Shown: piece by piece, positions 1 to 7,767 of the stretch
How positions within the stretch are numbered: the stretch's first letter is position 1
How the letters are laid out: each line of letters begins with the position of its first letter
Assembly: GCA_040264515.1 (NCBI GenBank)
Contig: JBDQID010000001.1
Location: 1 to 25,632 of the forward strand
Length of the DNA: 25,632 nt
Source of the DNA: Chlamydiales bacterium
GTDB taxonomy: Bacteria; Chlamydiota; Chlamydiia; Chlamydiales; JBDQID01
Direction: 5' to 3'
Notes under the pieces: generated by a model
Databases searched by the model: none
Told to the model about the DNA's origin: nothing
The model's input: only the letters and a program-made list of their open reading frames with translations
Translations under genes and position numbers: made by a program

Positions 1-1089
1 ATCGTAATTACAAGGACGGGCAGTTCTAAAACTCCTCTCAGCTGAAGCATATCGTTCCTCTGCATCCTGTAAGCTACGGAGCAGGCCTAGTTGTTGGTGG
101 ATATCATCAGTACTTTTTTCAAAGAACTCGTGGAGTTTTTTAACAAAGAGCTGGATCGCTTCATAGGGATGCTTCCCCTTAGAGCATTGTCTAGCAATAT
201 CGAGTGCTATTGGACGCATCGTTTTTTCGATAGCGCAATCGTAAATATTTACAAGCTCATGCATTTCTATCACAGCATTATTATTCGCATAGAGTTGGGA
301 GGTTTTTGGTAGAAGGGTTTTAATTCCCAGTTCTTTAAGGAGTTTCATTCTCTTTTTAGGCTTTCGTTCTCTTTTGATGGCATCTACAGCGGATTTACCG
401 GCTCCTAAGGCTAGTAGTTTGTCTTCAATAGGAGCTGTGACTCCTTTTTGCCTAACAGTCTTGGCTAAAATTTGGAAAAAATCATCTTTGGTATTGGGTA
501 GAATAGCGGAGTGGCACGCGTGACAAAAGCCACAAGAGCAGGTGCCAAATTGATGGATCGTATCATCTCTTTCTATAGCACATCCTTCTTTGTAGTAAAG
601 TAAGAGCGTATAGTAAAATAGCATGATTCTACGATTAGCATGGTCTTCCATGCGATCTTTTAGATTTTCTAGAAGAGCGCTCTCTTCGGTAAAGTCTACA
701 TCGCAAGGATGAGTTTTACTCTCAGCTGTATTTATCCGTGAGTTGCTGAGGTTGCTGTTGAATGGGTGGATTTTACGTTTTCTACTGGATCGACCGTGGT
801 TTTCTCCCGAGGCTGTCCTTGAGCGTTTGTTTGCAGCTCTTCTTGGAGATGGTATTCCTATAGGACATTTTGTAACGCTAAACACTCTTTTTGGTTTTAA
901 GGAAAGGCGTTGTAGCTTTTTTGGTAGAACAACGTCTACGTTTTGTTTTAAGACGGGGGCATCTTTTTTTCTTTCGGCTTGTTCTTGCCAGATTCTTACA
1001 ACGCGGCGATCTCCTTTATATTGGCTTTTTCTTTTTGGAAACGAAAAATTTAAACTTGTTGTAGATCTTTGTACTTCAAAAGTTGTCAT
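1..1089 (-). CDS. Hypothetical protein, 3'-truncated by the window edge (at least 363 aa); basic Ser/Arg/Lys-rich N-terminus and a Cys/His cluster; candidate secreted effector
   Basis: Manual minus-strand translation is open from ATG 1089 to base 1 (MTTFEVQRSTTSLNFSFPKRKSQ...RSSRKRKIHP...HQFGTCSCGFCHACHSAILP...RPCNYD). An AAAGGA RBS-like sequence lies just upstream. It is absent from the ORF track because no stop falls inside the window. Confidence 0.85.
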   Translation of the reverse strand, partial: MTTFEVQRSTTSLNFSFPKRKSQYKGDRRVVRIWQEQAERKKDAPVLKQNVDVVLPKKLQRLSLKPKRVFSVTKCPIGIPSPRRAANKRSRTASGENHGRSSRKRKIHPFNSNLSNSRINTAESKTHPCDVDFTEESALLENLKDRMEDHANRRIMLFYYTLLLYYKEGCAIERDDTIHQFGTCSCGFCHACHSAILPNTKDDFFQILAKTVRQKGVTAPIEDKLLALGAGKSAVDAIKRERKPKKRMKLLKELGIKTLLPKTSQLYANNNAVIEMHELVNIYDCAIEKTMRPIALDIARQCSKGKHPYEAIQLFVKKLHEFFEKSTDDIHQQLGLLRSLQDAEERYASAERSFRTARPCNYD

Positions 1090-1125
1090 GACAATCCTTT
1101 TCAAAAAAATACTTTACATATACTA

Positions 1126-1153
1126 CCTATACATGAACTTTACAGAGAGTCAA
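1126..1153 (-). promoter_or_regulatory. Putative sigma66/sigma70 promoter for the left-edge ORF
   Basis: Minus strand reads TTGACT-N16-TATAGG, ending about 36 nt upstream of ATG 1089. Confidence 0.4.
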
Positions 1154-1377
1154 TTAAAAAAATGCAGAGTAGTGCGTTGTAGAATTTAAAGGGGATTTAT
1201 CATCAAAGCAAAGGGCTGTTTCAAAATAAGGAAAGAGTTTATTACATACAGATCGAGGCTGAATGTCATAAACTCTTACCTTACTTTAGGAATACCTGTT
1301 ATTGAACGTAAACAGGAATAAATGAAAAGCCGAGCTCGTGTTCTTTACTGCTGTTTATGATGCGCTGCATTAGGATG

Positions 1378-3798
1378 TCAATTAACCACAAGTTTCTTCT
1401 GAACAATACTGAGAGTAGCCTCTCCACCTTCTACTGGAATGCGTTTTGTAAGTGTTGCCTGTGTCAGAGCTGCACTGACTTCGCTGCCTATTTGTCGACA
1501 CATCGCGCGTACCCCGAGCGAGGTGTCGTATTTTCTTCTGGAAAAATAGCCGTTTACTTCATCCGACCAAGAGAGCTTTAATTGCTTTTGAGTATGGACC
1601 CGTTCTTGAATTTTTGAGAGGTGCACATTGACAATTTGGGGGAACTCTTTTTTCGGTAGCGAGCGGAATGGAACAACAGCCATGACCCGCCCATAGAGTT
1701 CAGGAGTTAAATGTTCGATGATCAGAGGCTCGACACATTTTAATACTTTATCCATGCCGACACCCTTTCGTCTATTCATTGCCATCATCTCTTTTGATCC
1801 AAGGTTTGATGTCATAAGGAATATTGCCTGAGTACAGTCAACAGTATTGCCTTGTCCATCAGTTAATCTTCCATCGTCAAAGACTTGTAAGAAGGTCCTG
1901 AGAATATCGGGGTGCCCTTTTTCAATTTCATCTAAAAGAACAACTGTATGTGGTCGTTTACGCAGTGCTTTGGTTAGTTGTCCTCCGGATTCATGCCCTT
2001 CATATCCAGGAGGCGCTCCGATAAGCCTACTGATTGTATGGCTCTCAGCGTACTCTGACATGTCTAATCGGATCATTGCTCTTTGATCGGAGAGTAGTTC
2101 TGTTGCAATTTGTTTGGCAAATTCAGTCTTACCAACACCTGTTGGTCCAACGAAGAGAAAGACTCCCCATGGCTTATTGGGGTCGCTAAATCCCATTTTA
2201 TATCTTTGGATTGCGGAAAAGACAGTATCGATAGCATGATCTTGTCCTATAATACTCTGAGAGAATCGTTCACGTATTTTTTGAAGGTTTTCCATGTTGG
2301 AAAGAGCAAGTTGCTCTCTATCGATTCCTGTTCTTTCGGCTATGATAGTAGCTATATCTACTCTATTAAGTACTGTAGGGGCACTAGAAGAGCCTTCTCT
2401 TTGCTCTTTTAGTAAGGTCTCTTTTTCGGCACGTTGAATGAGCCGGATAGCTTTACGTGGTAGAGGACTCTCTTTAATATGAGTGATTGAAAGTTTTACA
2501 GCAGTATTGATAGCGTCTTGAGTCACTGTCATTTCATTAGAGAGTGGATGCTCTTTTAGGTACTGCTCTGTAATACGGGCTGCTTCTTGAGCAGAACACT
2601 CTTTAACTTTAAAGGGATGGAACAGTCGCTTAATAGAGCGCTTAGCCTCTCCGCTTAAATCTTCTTCAAGATTACTTGTAGCAACAGATGCAACACAAGG
2701 GATTTTTGCTTGCAGAATACTTTCAAGGTATTCAGGAACAAGTTCGTATTGGTAGAGTTTGTCAATGTCTTTGATAAAGAGTAGAGGGCGCTCAACTCGT
2801 TTTAATTTACGTAGGATAAAGTTTTTGATTCTCAGGCCAATATCGCTACCGTCACCGGAGATTTGTTTAGCAAAAAGAGAGATGCTATCGAGCATAATTA
2901 CTTGTCGCCCTTTTAAAAAAGAGGGGACTCGGTTGGCGTTGATCTCTTCGATAAGTTTCTTTAGAACCGCATTTTTACCAATTCCATGAGGGCCTGTTAG
3001 TAGAGGGAAGTTTCGCACGCGTGGCTGAGATAGTATGCGTATGAGTTTTCGAGCCTCGCTTGCTCTTCCAATTATCGGTAAGCTTTCTGTGCTTTGAGCA
3101 TGTTCTGTAAGGTTCTGAAAGAGTTCAATTTTTCCTAGTAATTCAACACCGCTCTTTTTTGTTGGTTCTGCAGCTTGTTGATCTAGCTTACTTTCGCTTT
3201 CTTCTCGAAGATGTCTTCTAGATAAACGCGATACAGTTTTTTGCAGTCTGTTCTTGCCACTGTGTCTAGAGCGTCTTGCAGCCCCTGGAGATGAGACAGA
3301 AGAGTGTGTAGAGCCCGTGTCACTTTCGTATTCGCTCTCAGATCCAGACAGAGAGACTGAAGAGGGGTTATAACCACTGGATTCCCCATCGCTTAAATAC
3401 TCGTCAGAGACAATAAACCCATCACTTAAAGCGCTCTCTTCAGAGCCTCCGGAATCATCAGAAAGACAGTTTTCTGAATTAATGGTAAGAGCGCTTGCAT
3501 CGGACTCACAGCCAGACTCAGAGCCGGATTCCTCTCCCGAGCTTTCTCCTGCTGCAGCATCAGAAAAAAAGTGGTTTGACTCATACCCCGTAGCAAGGGA
3601 GTTCTGTGGGGCAGAGAGCATGAGAGATTCGCTTGGAGCTGGGGCTACTGTACGTACAGGAGCAGCTGTACCTGCATCGGATTCTGAATCGGACTCAGTA
3701 TTGGAATCATATTCCGAATCACTCAATTCGTGATCCGTTGCGAAATAGTGATTAGATTCGTAACCATCGAAGGGGCTTTGTGTGCCTATACTTGCCAT
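1378..3798 (-). CDS. ClpA/ClpB-family AAA+ ATPase-like protein with an acidic Ser-rich leader in place of the Clp N-domain; D1 degenerate, D2 intact, no M-domain
   Basis: D2 motifs FLFVGPTGVGKTE, RLDMSEY, RLIGAPPGYEG, VVLLDEIEKGH, FDDGRLTDGQG and MTSNLG are canonical. D1 shows PIIGR..E, GPHGIGKN and LFIKDID. RBS AAGGAG lies upstream of ATG 3798. Confidence 0.9.
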   Translation of the reverse strand: MASIGTQSPFDGYESNHYFATDHELSDSEYDSNTESDSESDAGTAAPVRTVAPAPSESLMLSAPQNSLATGYESNHFFSDAAAGESSGEESGSESGCESDASALTINSENCLSDDSGGSEESALSDGFIVSDEYLSDGESSGYNPSSVSLSGSESEYESDTGSTHSSVSSPGAARRSRHSGKNRLQKTVSRLSRRHLREESESKLDQQAAEPTKKSGVELLGKIELFQNLTEHAQSTESLPIIGRASEARKLIRILSQPRVRNFPLLTGPHGIGKNAVLKKLIEEINANRVPSFLKGRQVIMLDSISLFAKQISGDGSDIGLRIKNFILRKLKRVERPLLFIKDIDKLYQYELVPEYLESILQAKIPCVASVATSNLEEDLSGEAKRSIKRLFHPFKVKECSAQEAARITEQYLKEHPLSNEMTVTQDAINTAVKLSITHIKESPLPRKAIRLIQRAEKETLLKEQREGSSSAPTVLNRVDIATIIAERTGIDREQLALSNMENLQKIRERFSQSIIGQDHAIDTVFSAIQRYKMGFSDPNKPWGVFLFVGPTGVGKTEFAKQIATELLSDQRAMIRLDMSEYAESHTISRLIGAPPGYEGHESGGQLTKALRKRPHTVVLLDEIEKGHPDILRTFLQVFDDGRLTDGQGNTVDCTQAIFLMTSNLGSKEMMAMNRRKGVGMDKVLKCVEPLIIEHLTPELYGRVMAVVPFRSLPKKEFPQIVNVHLSKIQERVHTQKQLKLSWSDEVNGYFSRRKYDTSLGVRAMCRQIGSEVSAALTQATLTKRIPVEGGEATLSIVQKKLVVN
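3565..3765 (-). repeat. Two copies of the peptide motif GYESNH(Y/F)F in the leader of the Clp-like protein
   Basis: Residues 12-19 GYESNHYF (3742-3765) and 71-78 GYESNHFF (3565-3588); synonymous codons differ between the copies. Confidence 0.8.
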
Positions 3799-3891
3799 CT
3801 TGCTTCTCCTTTGAAAGGGATGATATGATCAAATAAAGCGTTAAGTATTTATTTTACATACACGAAACAAGTTTTTTTTGATAGCGGAATT

Positions 3892-4356
3892 TTATGGGCG
3901 GTAATAATGAAAAAGCTTGCCTTTTCCAAATTCGATGTTGTTTGGAAAATTAATAACAGCGGCACCGCTTTTACAAAGCCCACGCAGAGCAGATTCTCCG
4001 ATAAGATCATTTACAAAGTTTGCTAAAGTTGGAGCGTGTCCTACAAGAAAAATTGTAAGAGGTTGTGGTGCGGAGGGAATATTTTTAAGTAGTGAGGATG
4101 CGCTAAATTCGTAGCCGAGTGCAGGCTCGCTCTTAAAGGGTACTCCAAAGGTGTCAGATAGAATTTGAGCAGTCTCTTGTGCACGCAAAAGTGGCGATGC
4201 AAAAATGTGAGTGGGGAGTATGTTTTCTTTTTTTAAAAGTTCAGACATTCTTGTCTGAATAGCCTTACCTTCGTTTGAAAGAGGACGTAAAAAGTCCTCT
4301 GCATACCCTTCATTTAAAGGTTCTGCATGGCGTATGGCAACTATTCGTAAATTCAT
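3892..4356 (-). CDS. sixA: Phosphohistidine phosphatase SixA (histidine phosphatase superfamily)
   Basis: RHAE, RPLS.EG, SPLLRAQETA and LVGHAP motifs; 154 aa is typical SixA length. Confidence 0.85.
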   Translation of the reverse strand: MNLRIVAIRHAEPLNEGYAEDFLRPLSNEGKAIQTRMSELLKKENILPTHIFASPLLRAQETAQILSDTFGVPFKSEPALGYEFSASSLLKNIPSAPQPLTIFLVGHAPTLANFVNDLIGESALRGLCKSGAAVINFPNNIEFGKGKLFHYYRP

Positions 4357-4456
4357 CTGTAGTACCTTGTAAGGCTGTTTTAAGAAAAATAGAACTTAAA
4401 GGATAGAAGTGATATACAAAAGAGTTTTTTATTGAAGAGAGTTAAAAATAATCTCC

Positions 4457-4485
4457 TTGTCGCAAAAAGAAAGATATCTTAGAAT
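4457..4485 (+). promoter_or_regulatory. sigma66/sigma70 promoter
   Basis: TTGTCG (4457-4462), 17-bp spacer, TAGAAT (4480-4485); GGAG RBS before ATG 4534. Confidence 0.65.
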
Positions 4486-4533
4486 GCTCCTCTTTTTAGT
4501 TTTTTAACCCTTTTAATCCACGGAGATTAAGTT

Positions 4534-5097
4534 ATGGATTTCTCACTTATCACGAATAACCCAAATATTGCTGGAGCTGTTACTGTTGGTCTTGGATGCG
4601 CTGTAGAGGCCGCTTCTGAGCGTTTTCTAGAAGATGGTTCTACTGCTCAAAAAGTAGCTTCTTTTTTCGCAAACTTTGCTCAAAGAGCGTCTACTTATGC
4701 TGCCTGGACTATGCTTGCTAACGCAACTGTTGCAGCTACAAGTTACTTTAATCCTGTTGTATGGGGTGGTACTGCAGTGACTGTTCTTTCTGGTGTTGCA
4801 GCTTCTCTCTCTGATAACGAATATGTTCAAGGAGTTGACAAAGTTATTAATTACGCAGCAAAAGCTGCTAACGTTGTAGCTTTCGCTGTTCTTCTCTCAA
4901 GCGTTTCTACTATGGCAGGAATCGCAGCAGGAATTTCTCTTGCAGCTCTTTCCGTTGTTGCTTTAAGAGACAACAGCTCTGGTTGTCAAGCAGCAGCAGC
5001 TGCAGTTGTAGCACCTCCAGCTTCTACTTCAGTTGCAGGATCAGCTACAGGATCAGCTACAGGTTCAGCTGCAGGTTCAGCTGCAGGCGTAGTTTAG
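4534..5097 (+). CDS. Hydrophobic Ala/Val-rich membrane protein with repeated hairpin units and a Gly/Ser/Ala tail; Inc-like candidate
   Basis: 187-aa ORF with its own promoter, RBS and terminator. Long hydrophobic stretches at about residues 12-27, 55-92 and 108-144. Codons are visibly biased to T/A endings (GCT/GCA/GTT/TCT). Confidence 0.8.
   Translation: MDFSLITNNPNIAGAVTVGLGCAVEAASERFLEDGSTAQKVASFFANFAQRASTYAAWTMLANATVAATSYFNPVVWGGTAVTVLSGVAASLSDNEYVQGVDKVINYAAKAANVVAFAVLLSSVSTMAGIAAGISLAALSVVALRDNSSGCQAAAAAVVAPPASTSVAGSATGSATGSAAGSAAGVV
5038..5085 (+). repeat. In-frame 4 x 12-bp tandem repeat encoding GSAT-GSAT-GSAA-GSAA
   Basis: ggatcagctaca x2 followed by ggttcagctgca x2. Confidence 0.9.
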
Positions 5098-5140
5098 ATT
5101 ACACCGTTAATTTTTACGCTTTAGTTTGTAGGATCTCGGT

Positions 5141-5180
5141 AACGTCCTAGTTGTTAATTACTTCTAGGGCGTTTTTTTTT
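5141..5180 (+). terminator. Intrinsic terminator after the Inc-like gene
   Basis: Stem AACGTCCTAG/CTAGGGCGTT (one G-U pair), 13-nt loop, followed by a T run. Confidence 0.8.
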
Positions 5181-5279
5181 GTTGTAATTTTTTTTACAAG
5201 AATTCTTGTCATAAGATTTCTTTTATTATACAGTCGAATGGTAAGTCACGGTAAATACCAAAAAATTAGGAGGAACACC

Positions 5280-5675
5280 ATGGCAACAGAATTAAGCTTT
5301 GTACTAGAAGATCGCCCAGGCGGAATTGCAAGAATTGCAGAGACACTAGGTAATGTTGAAATTAACATCGAAGGTATTGCAGGACTTGGTATGAGAGGAG
5401 ATGGAATGGTTCGTCTCGTTGTTAATAATGCAGAGCCAGCTGAAGCAGCTCTTCGCAATGCTGGAGTTCAGTTCACAAGAAGAGAAGTTTTACTGCTTAA
5501 TCTAGCTAACAAGCCAGGCGAGCTAGCACGACTGACACGTGCTTTGGCTGATGCTGGTGTTAACTTGACATCTTTCTACCTTACAATGAATGGTAGACAA
5601 GTTCTTGGTACAGAAAATGCAGAGCTTGCTAGAGAAGTGTTGGCAAACCTAGGAACAAACGCAGTACTCGTTTAG
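5280..5675 (+). CDS. Stand-alone tandem ACT-domain protein (131 aa; COG4747-like)
   Basis: Two ACT-type repeats, LEDRPGGIARIAETLGNVEINIE and LANKPGELARLTRALADAGVNL. AGGAGG RBS at 5268-5273 supports ATG 5280 rather than the track start 5151. Confidence 0.85.
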   Translation: MATELSFVLEDRPGGIARIAETLGNVEINIEGIAGLGMRGDGMVRLVVNNAEPAEAALRNAGVQFTRREVLLLNLANKPGELARLTRALADAGVNLTSFYLTMNGRQVLGTENAELAREVLANLGTNAVLV

Positions 5676-5703
5676 TTCTTGTTTTCACTTCTTATTGTAC
5701 AAG

Positions 5704-5740
5704 AAAAGCCTTGATCATATGATGAGCAAGGCTTTTTTTT
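5704..5740 (+). terminator. Probably bidirectional intrinsic terminator between the ACT gene and pgk
   Basis: AAAAGCCTTG / CAAGGCTTTT 10-bp inverted repeat, with a T run on + and an A run on the other side; lies between convergent genes. Confidence 0.8.
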
Positions 5741-5821
5741 GGATACACTTTTGTAGGAAATTAGCAACTCCCTGAACTAAATGTTTAAATAATTTTATTG
5801 CAGAGGGCTACTGCTTTTTAT

Positions 5822-7042
5822 TTAACTTGCTGCTGGTATATTGGATTTATTGGAGAGTACATCGACACCTGGCAAGTTTCCTTTTTCAATAAACTCCAGG
5901 GCTGCACCTCCACCGGTAGAGAGATGCGAGAACGCGTTTTCTAGTCCTGTAGTTTTAATCGCAGCGATAGAATCTCCACCACCAACGATCGTGGTTGCAG
6001 GTGAGCTCGCAAGTGCTTTGGCCATACAGAGTGTGCCTTTTGCAAAATTACTTAGTTCAAATACACCCAGAGGGCCATTCCAGAGGATTGTTTTGGCATT
6101 TTTCATCATGGCAACGGCTTTTTCAATGCTCTTAGGTCCAACATCAAGACCCCTGAAACCTTTCTTAATGCCGTTTGTTGATTCAACTGTGTATCTGTTC
6201 GCGTCGTTGCTAAAAGTATCAGCTATAACGATATCAGAGGGGAGTAGTAGTTCGATTCCCTTTTTTTCACAAGTTATGATTATTTTCTTGGCTTCATTTA
6301 GGGCACTCTCTTCGAAAAGGGAGTCTCCAATTTCGATGCCTTTGGCTTTTAGGAATGTAAAGGCCATACCGCCTCCGATAAAAAGCCCGTTAACTTTTTC
6401 TAAAAGAGTGTGCAGAATTGCAAGTTTGGACGAAACTTTGGCACCACCAATAACAGCAAAAAAGGGCTTCTGAGGGGTTATAAGAGCGTTTCCTAAGAAT
6501 TCGATTTCTTTTTCAAGAAGGAATCCTGCTGCACTGTTTTCATTGAAGAGTTGAGCGAGCGCGTATGTTGAGCTATGTTTTCGGTGTGCGGTTCCAAAGG
6601 CGTCATTAACATATAGATCACCGAGTTGTGATAGTTGTTGAGCAAAATTTGGATCTTTATCGGGATGTTCTTCTCCAGTATGAAAGCGGAGGTTTTCTAG
6701 AAGTAAGACTTCTCCGCTTTTAAGTGCGTTTGCCATTACGGCAACTTCACTGCCTACACAATCAGGGGCCATTTTAACAGGTTGTTTGAGTAGTTCAGAG
6801 AGTCTTAAGGCAATGGGTGCCAAAGAGAGTTTTGGGTTGAATTCACCTTTGGGCCTACCCAGGTGGCTCATCAGGATAAGGGAAGATCCGTTTGCAAGGG
6901 CGTATTGAATGGAGGGTAGTGTTGCATGGATACGGCTGTCGTCACTAATTTCTTGTTGTTCGTTAAGTGGTACGTTGAAATCAACGCGCATGAGAAGTTT
7001 TTTATTCTTAATATTTAGCTCTTTAAGAGATTGTTTTTGCAT
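5822..7042 (-). CDS. pgk: Phosphoglycerate kinase
   Basis: RVDFNVP, SHLGRPKG, LLENLRFH, NDAFGTAHR, WNGPLGVFE and HLSTGGGAALEFIEG. Start placed at ATG 7042 (AAAGGTG RBS) rather than GTG 7060. Confidence 0.98.
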   Translation of the reverse strand: MQKQSLKELNIKNKKLLMRVDFNVPLNEQQEISDDSRIHATLPSIQYALANGSSLILMSHLGRPKGEFNPKLSLAPIALRLSELLKQPVKMAPDCVGSEVAVMANALKSGEVLLLENLRFHTGEEHPDKDPNFAQQLSQLGDLYVNDAFGTAHRKHSSTYALAQLFNENSAAGFLLEKEIEFLGNALITPQKPFFAVIGGAKVSSKLAILHTLLEKVNGLFIGGGMAFTFLKAKGIEIGDSLFEESALNEAKKIIITCEKKGIELLLPSDIVIADTFSNDANRYTVESTNGIKKGFRGLDVGPKSIEKAVAMMKNAKTILWNGPLGVFELSNFAKGTLCMAKALASSPATTIVGGGDSIAAIKTTGLENAFSHLSTGGGAALEFIEKGNLPGVDVLSNKSNIPAAS

Positions 7043-7122
7043 TTTAGCACCTTTAGACACGCTTGATTTTGAAAGAGGAGGATGCTAAGGTTAGCGATCC
7101 GAATTGTCAAGGGGATTCTCTT

Positions 7123-7767
7123 ATGTCACGCCTCTCATTCCATCACGTTAAAAAAGCCTACTCATCGGAGCCCTTACTCTTTTCTACTTTGAATAAAGAT
7201 CCTATCTTACAGCTACGTATATGGATTGAAGATGCTATAAAGGCAGGTGTTATTGAGCCAAATGCAATGACGTTGGCAACAGCTACAAAAGATGGAATTC
7301 CTTCATCCAGAATGGTTTTATTAAAAGAGTTAGAACCAACAGCGTTTGTGTTTTTTAGTAATTATGAGAGCCGTAAAGGTAAAGAGTTAACGGAAAATCG
7401 GTATGCAGCTCTGAACTTTTGGTGGAAGGAACTCGAGCGACAGGTGTCCGTATTGGGAAGCGTGGAGAAGATCTCTGTAGAGGAGTCACAGTGCTATTTT
7501 AATAGCCGGTCGAAAGAGAGCCGTATTGCAGCTTGGGCCTCGAAGCAGAGCAGTAAGTTAACTTCAAGAGATGAGCTTGAAAAGGTTGTAAATCAATTAA
7601 GAGAGCGCTTTGAGGGCAAAGAGATCTCTTTGCCCCCATTTTGGGGCGGTTATCGCCTCCTCCCTACGCAAATAGAATTTTGGCAGGGAAGGGCAAATAG
7701 GCTACATGATAGGTTTTGCTATACGTTGCTCAATGAGCAGTGGAGAGCAGAGCGCTTGGCTCCGTAG
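7123..7767 (+). CDS. pdxH: Pyridoxine/pyridoxamine 5'-phosphate oxidase
   Basis: EPNAMTLAT, PSSRMVLLK, SNYESRKG, AWASKQS, WGGYRL and EFWQGRANRLHDR. Start placed at ATG 7123. Confidence 0.95.
   Translation: MSRLSFHHVKKAYSSEPLLFSTLNKDPILQLRIWIEDAIKAGVIEPNAMTLATATKDGIPSSRMVLLKELEPTAFVFFSNYESRKGKELTENRYAALNFWWKELERQVSVLGSVEKISVEESQCYFNSRSKESRIAAWASKQSSKLTSRDELEKVVNQLRERFEGKEISLPPFWGGYRLLPTQIEFWQGRANRLHDRFCYTLLNEQWRAERLAP

Noticed and set aside
512-526. CHACH as evidence that the left-edge ORF is a c-type cytochrome matured by the nearby CcsBA
   Set aside because: No signal peptide or TM anchor is visible and System II acts outside the cytoplasm. Kept only as a Cys/His cluster.
91-1189. Track ORFs 91..312 and 743..1189 on the + strand
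   Set aside because: They are antisense to the longer open minus-strand ORF (1..1089), which has an RBS and a promoter-like site; they show no recognisable motifs.
3550-3580. FFAT-like VAP-binding motif (HFFSDAA here; also SFFDEDE in the NSF-like protein)
   Set aside because: Position 5 is acidic (D/E) rather than A/C/S/T, so it fits the EFFDAxE consensus poorly.
1378-3798. Calling the Clp-like gene clpB, or ClpV/TssH of a type VI secretion system
   Set aside because: It lacks the N-domain and M-domain, D1 is degenerate, and no T6SS genes are in the window.
5038-5085. Tandem repeats as a CRISPR array
   Set aside because: They are 12-bp in-frame coding repeats with no spacers and no cas genes.
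5151-5279. Track N-terminal extension of the ACT ORF
   Set aside because: It starts inside the upstream terminator loop; the AGGAGG RBS supports ATG 5280.
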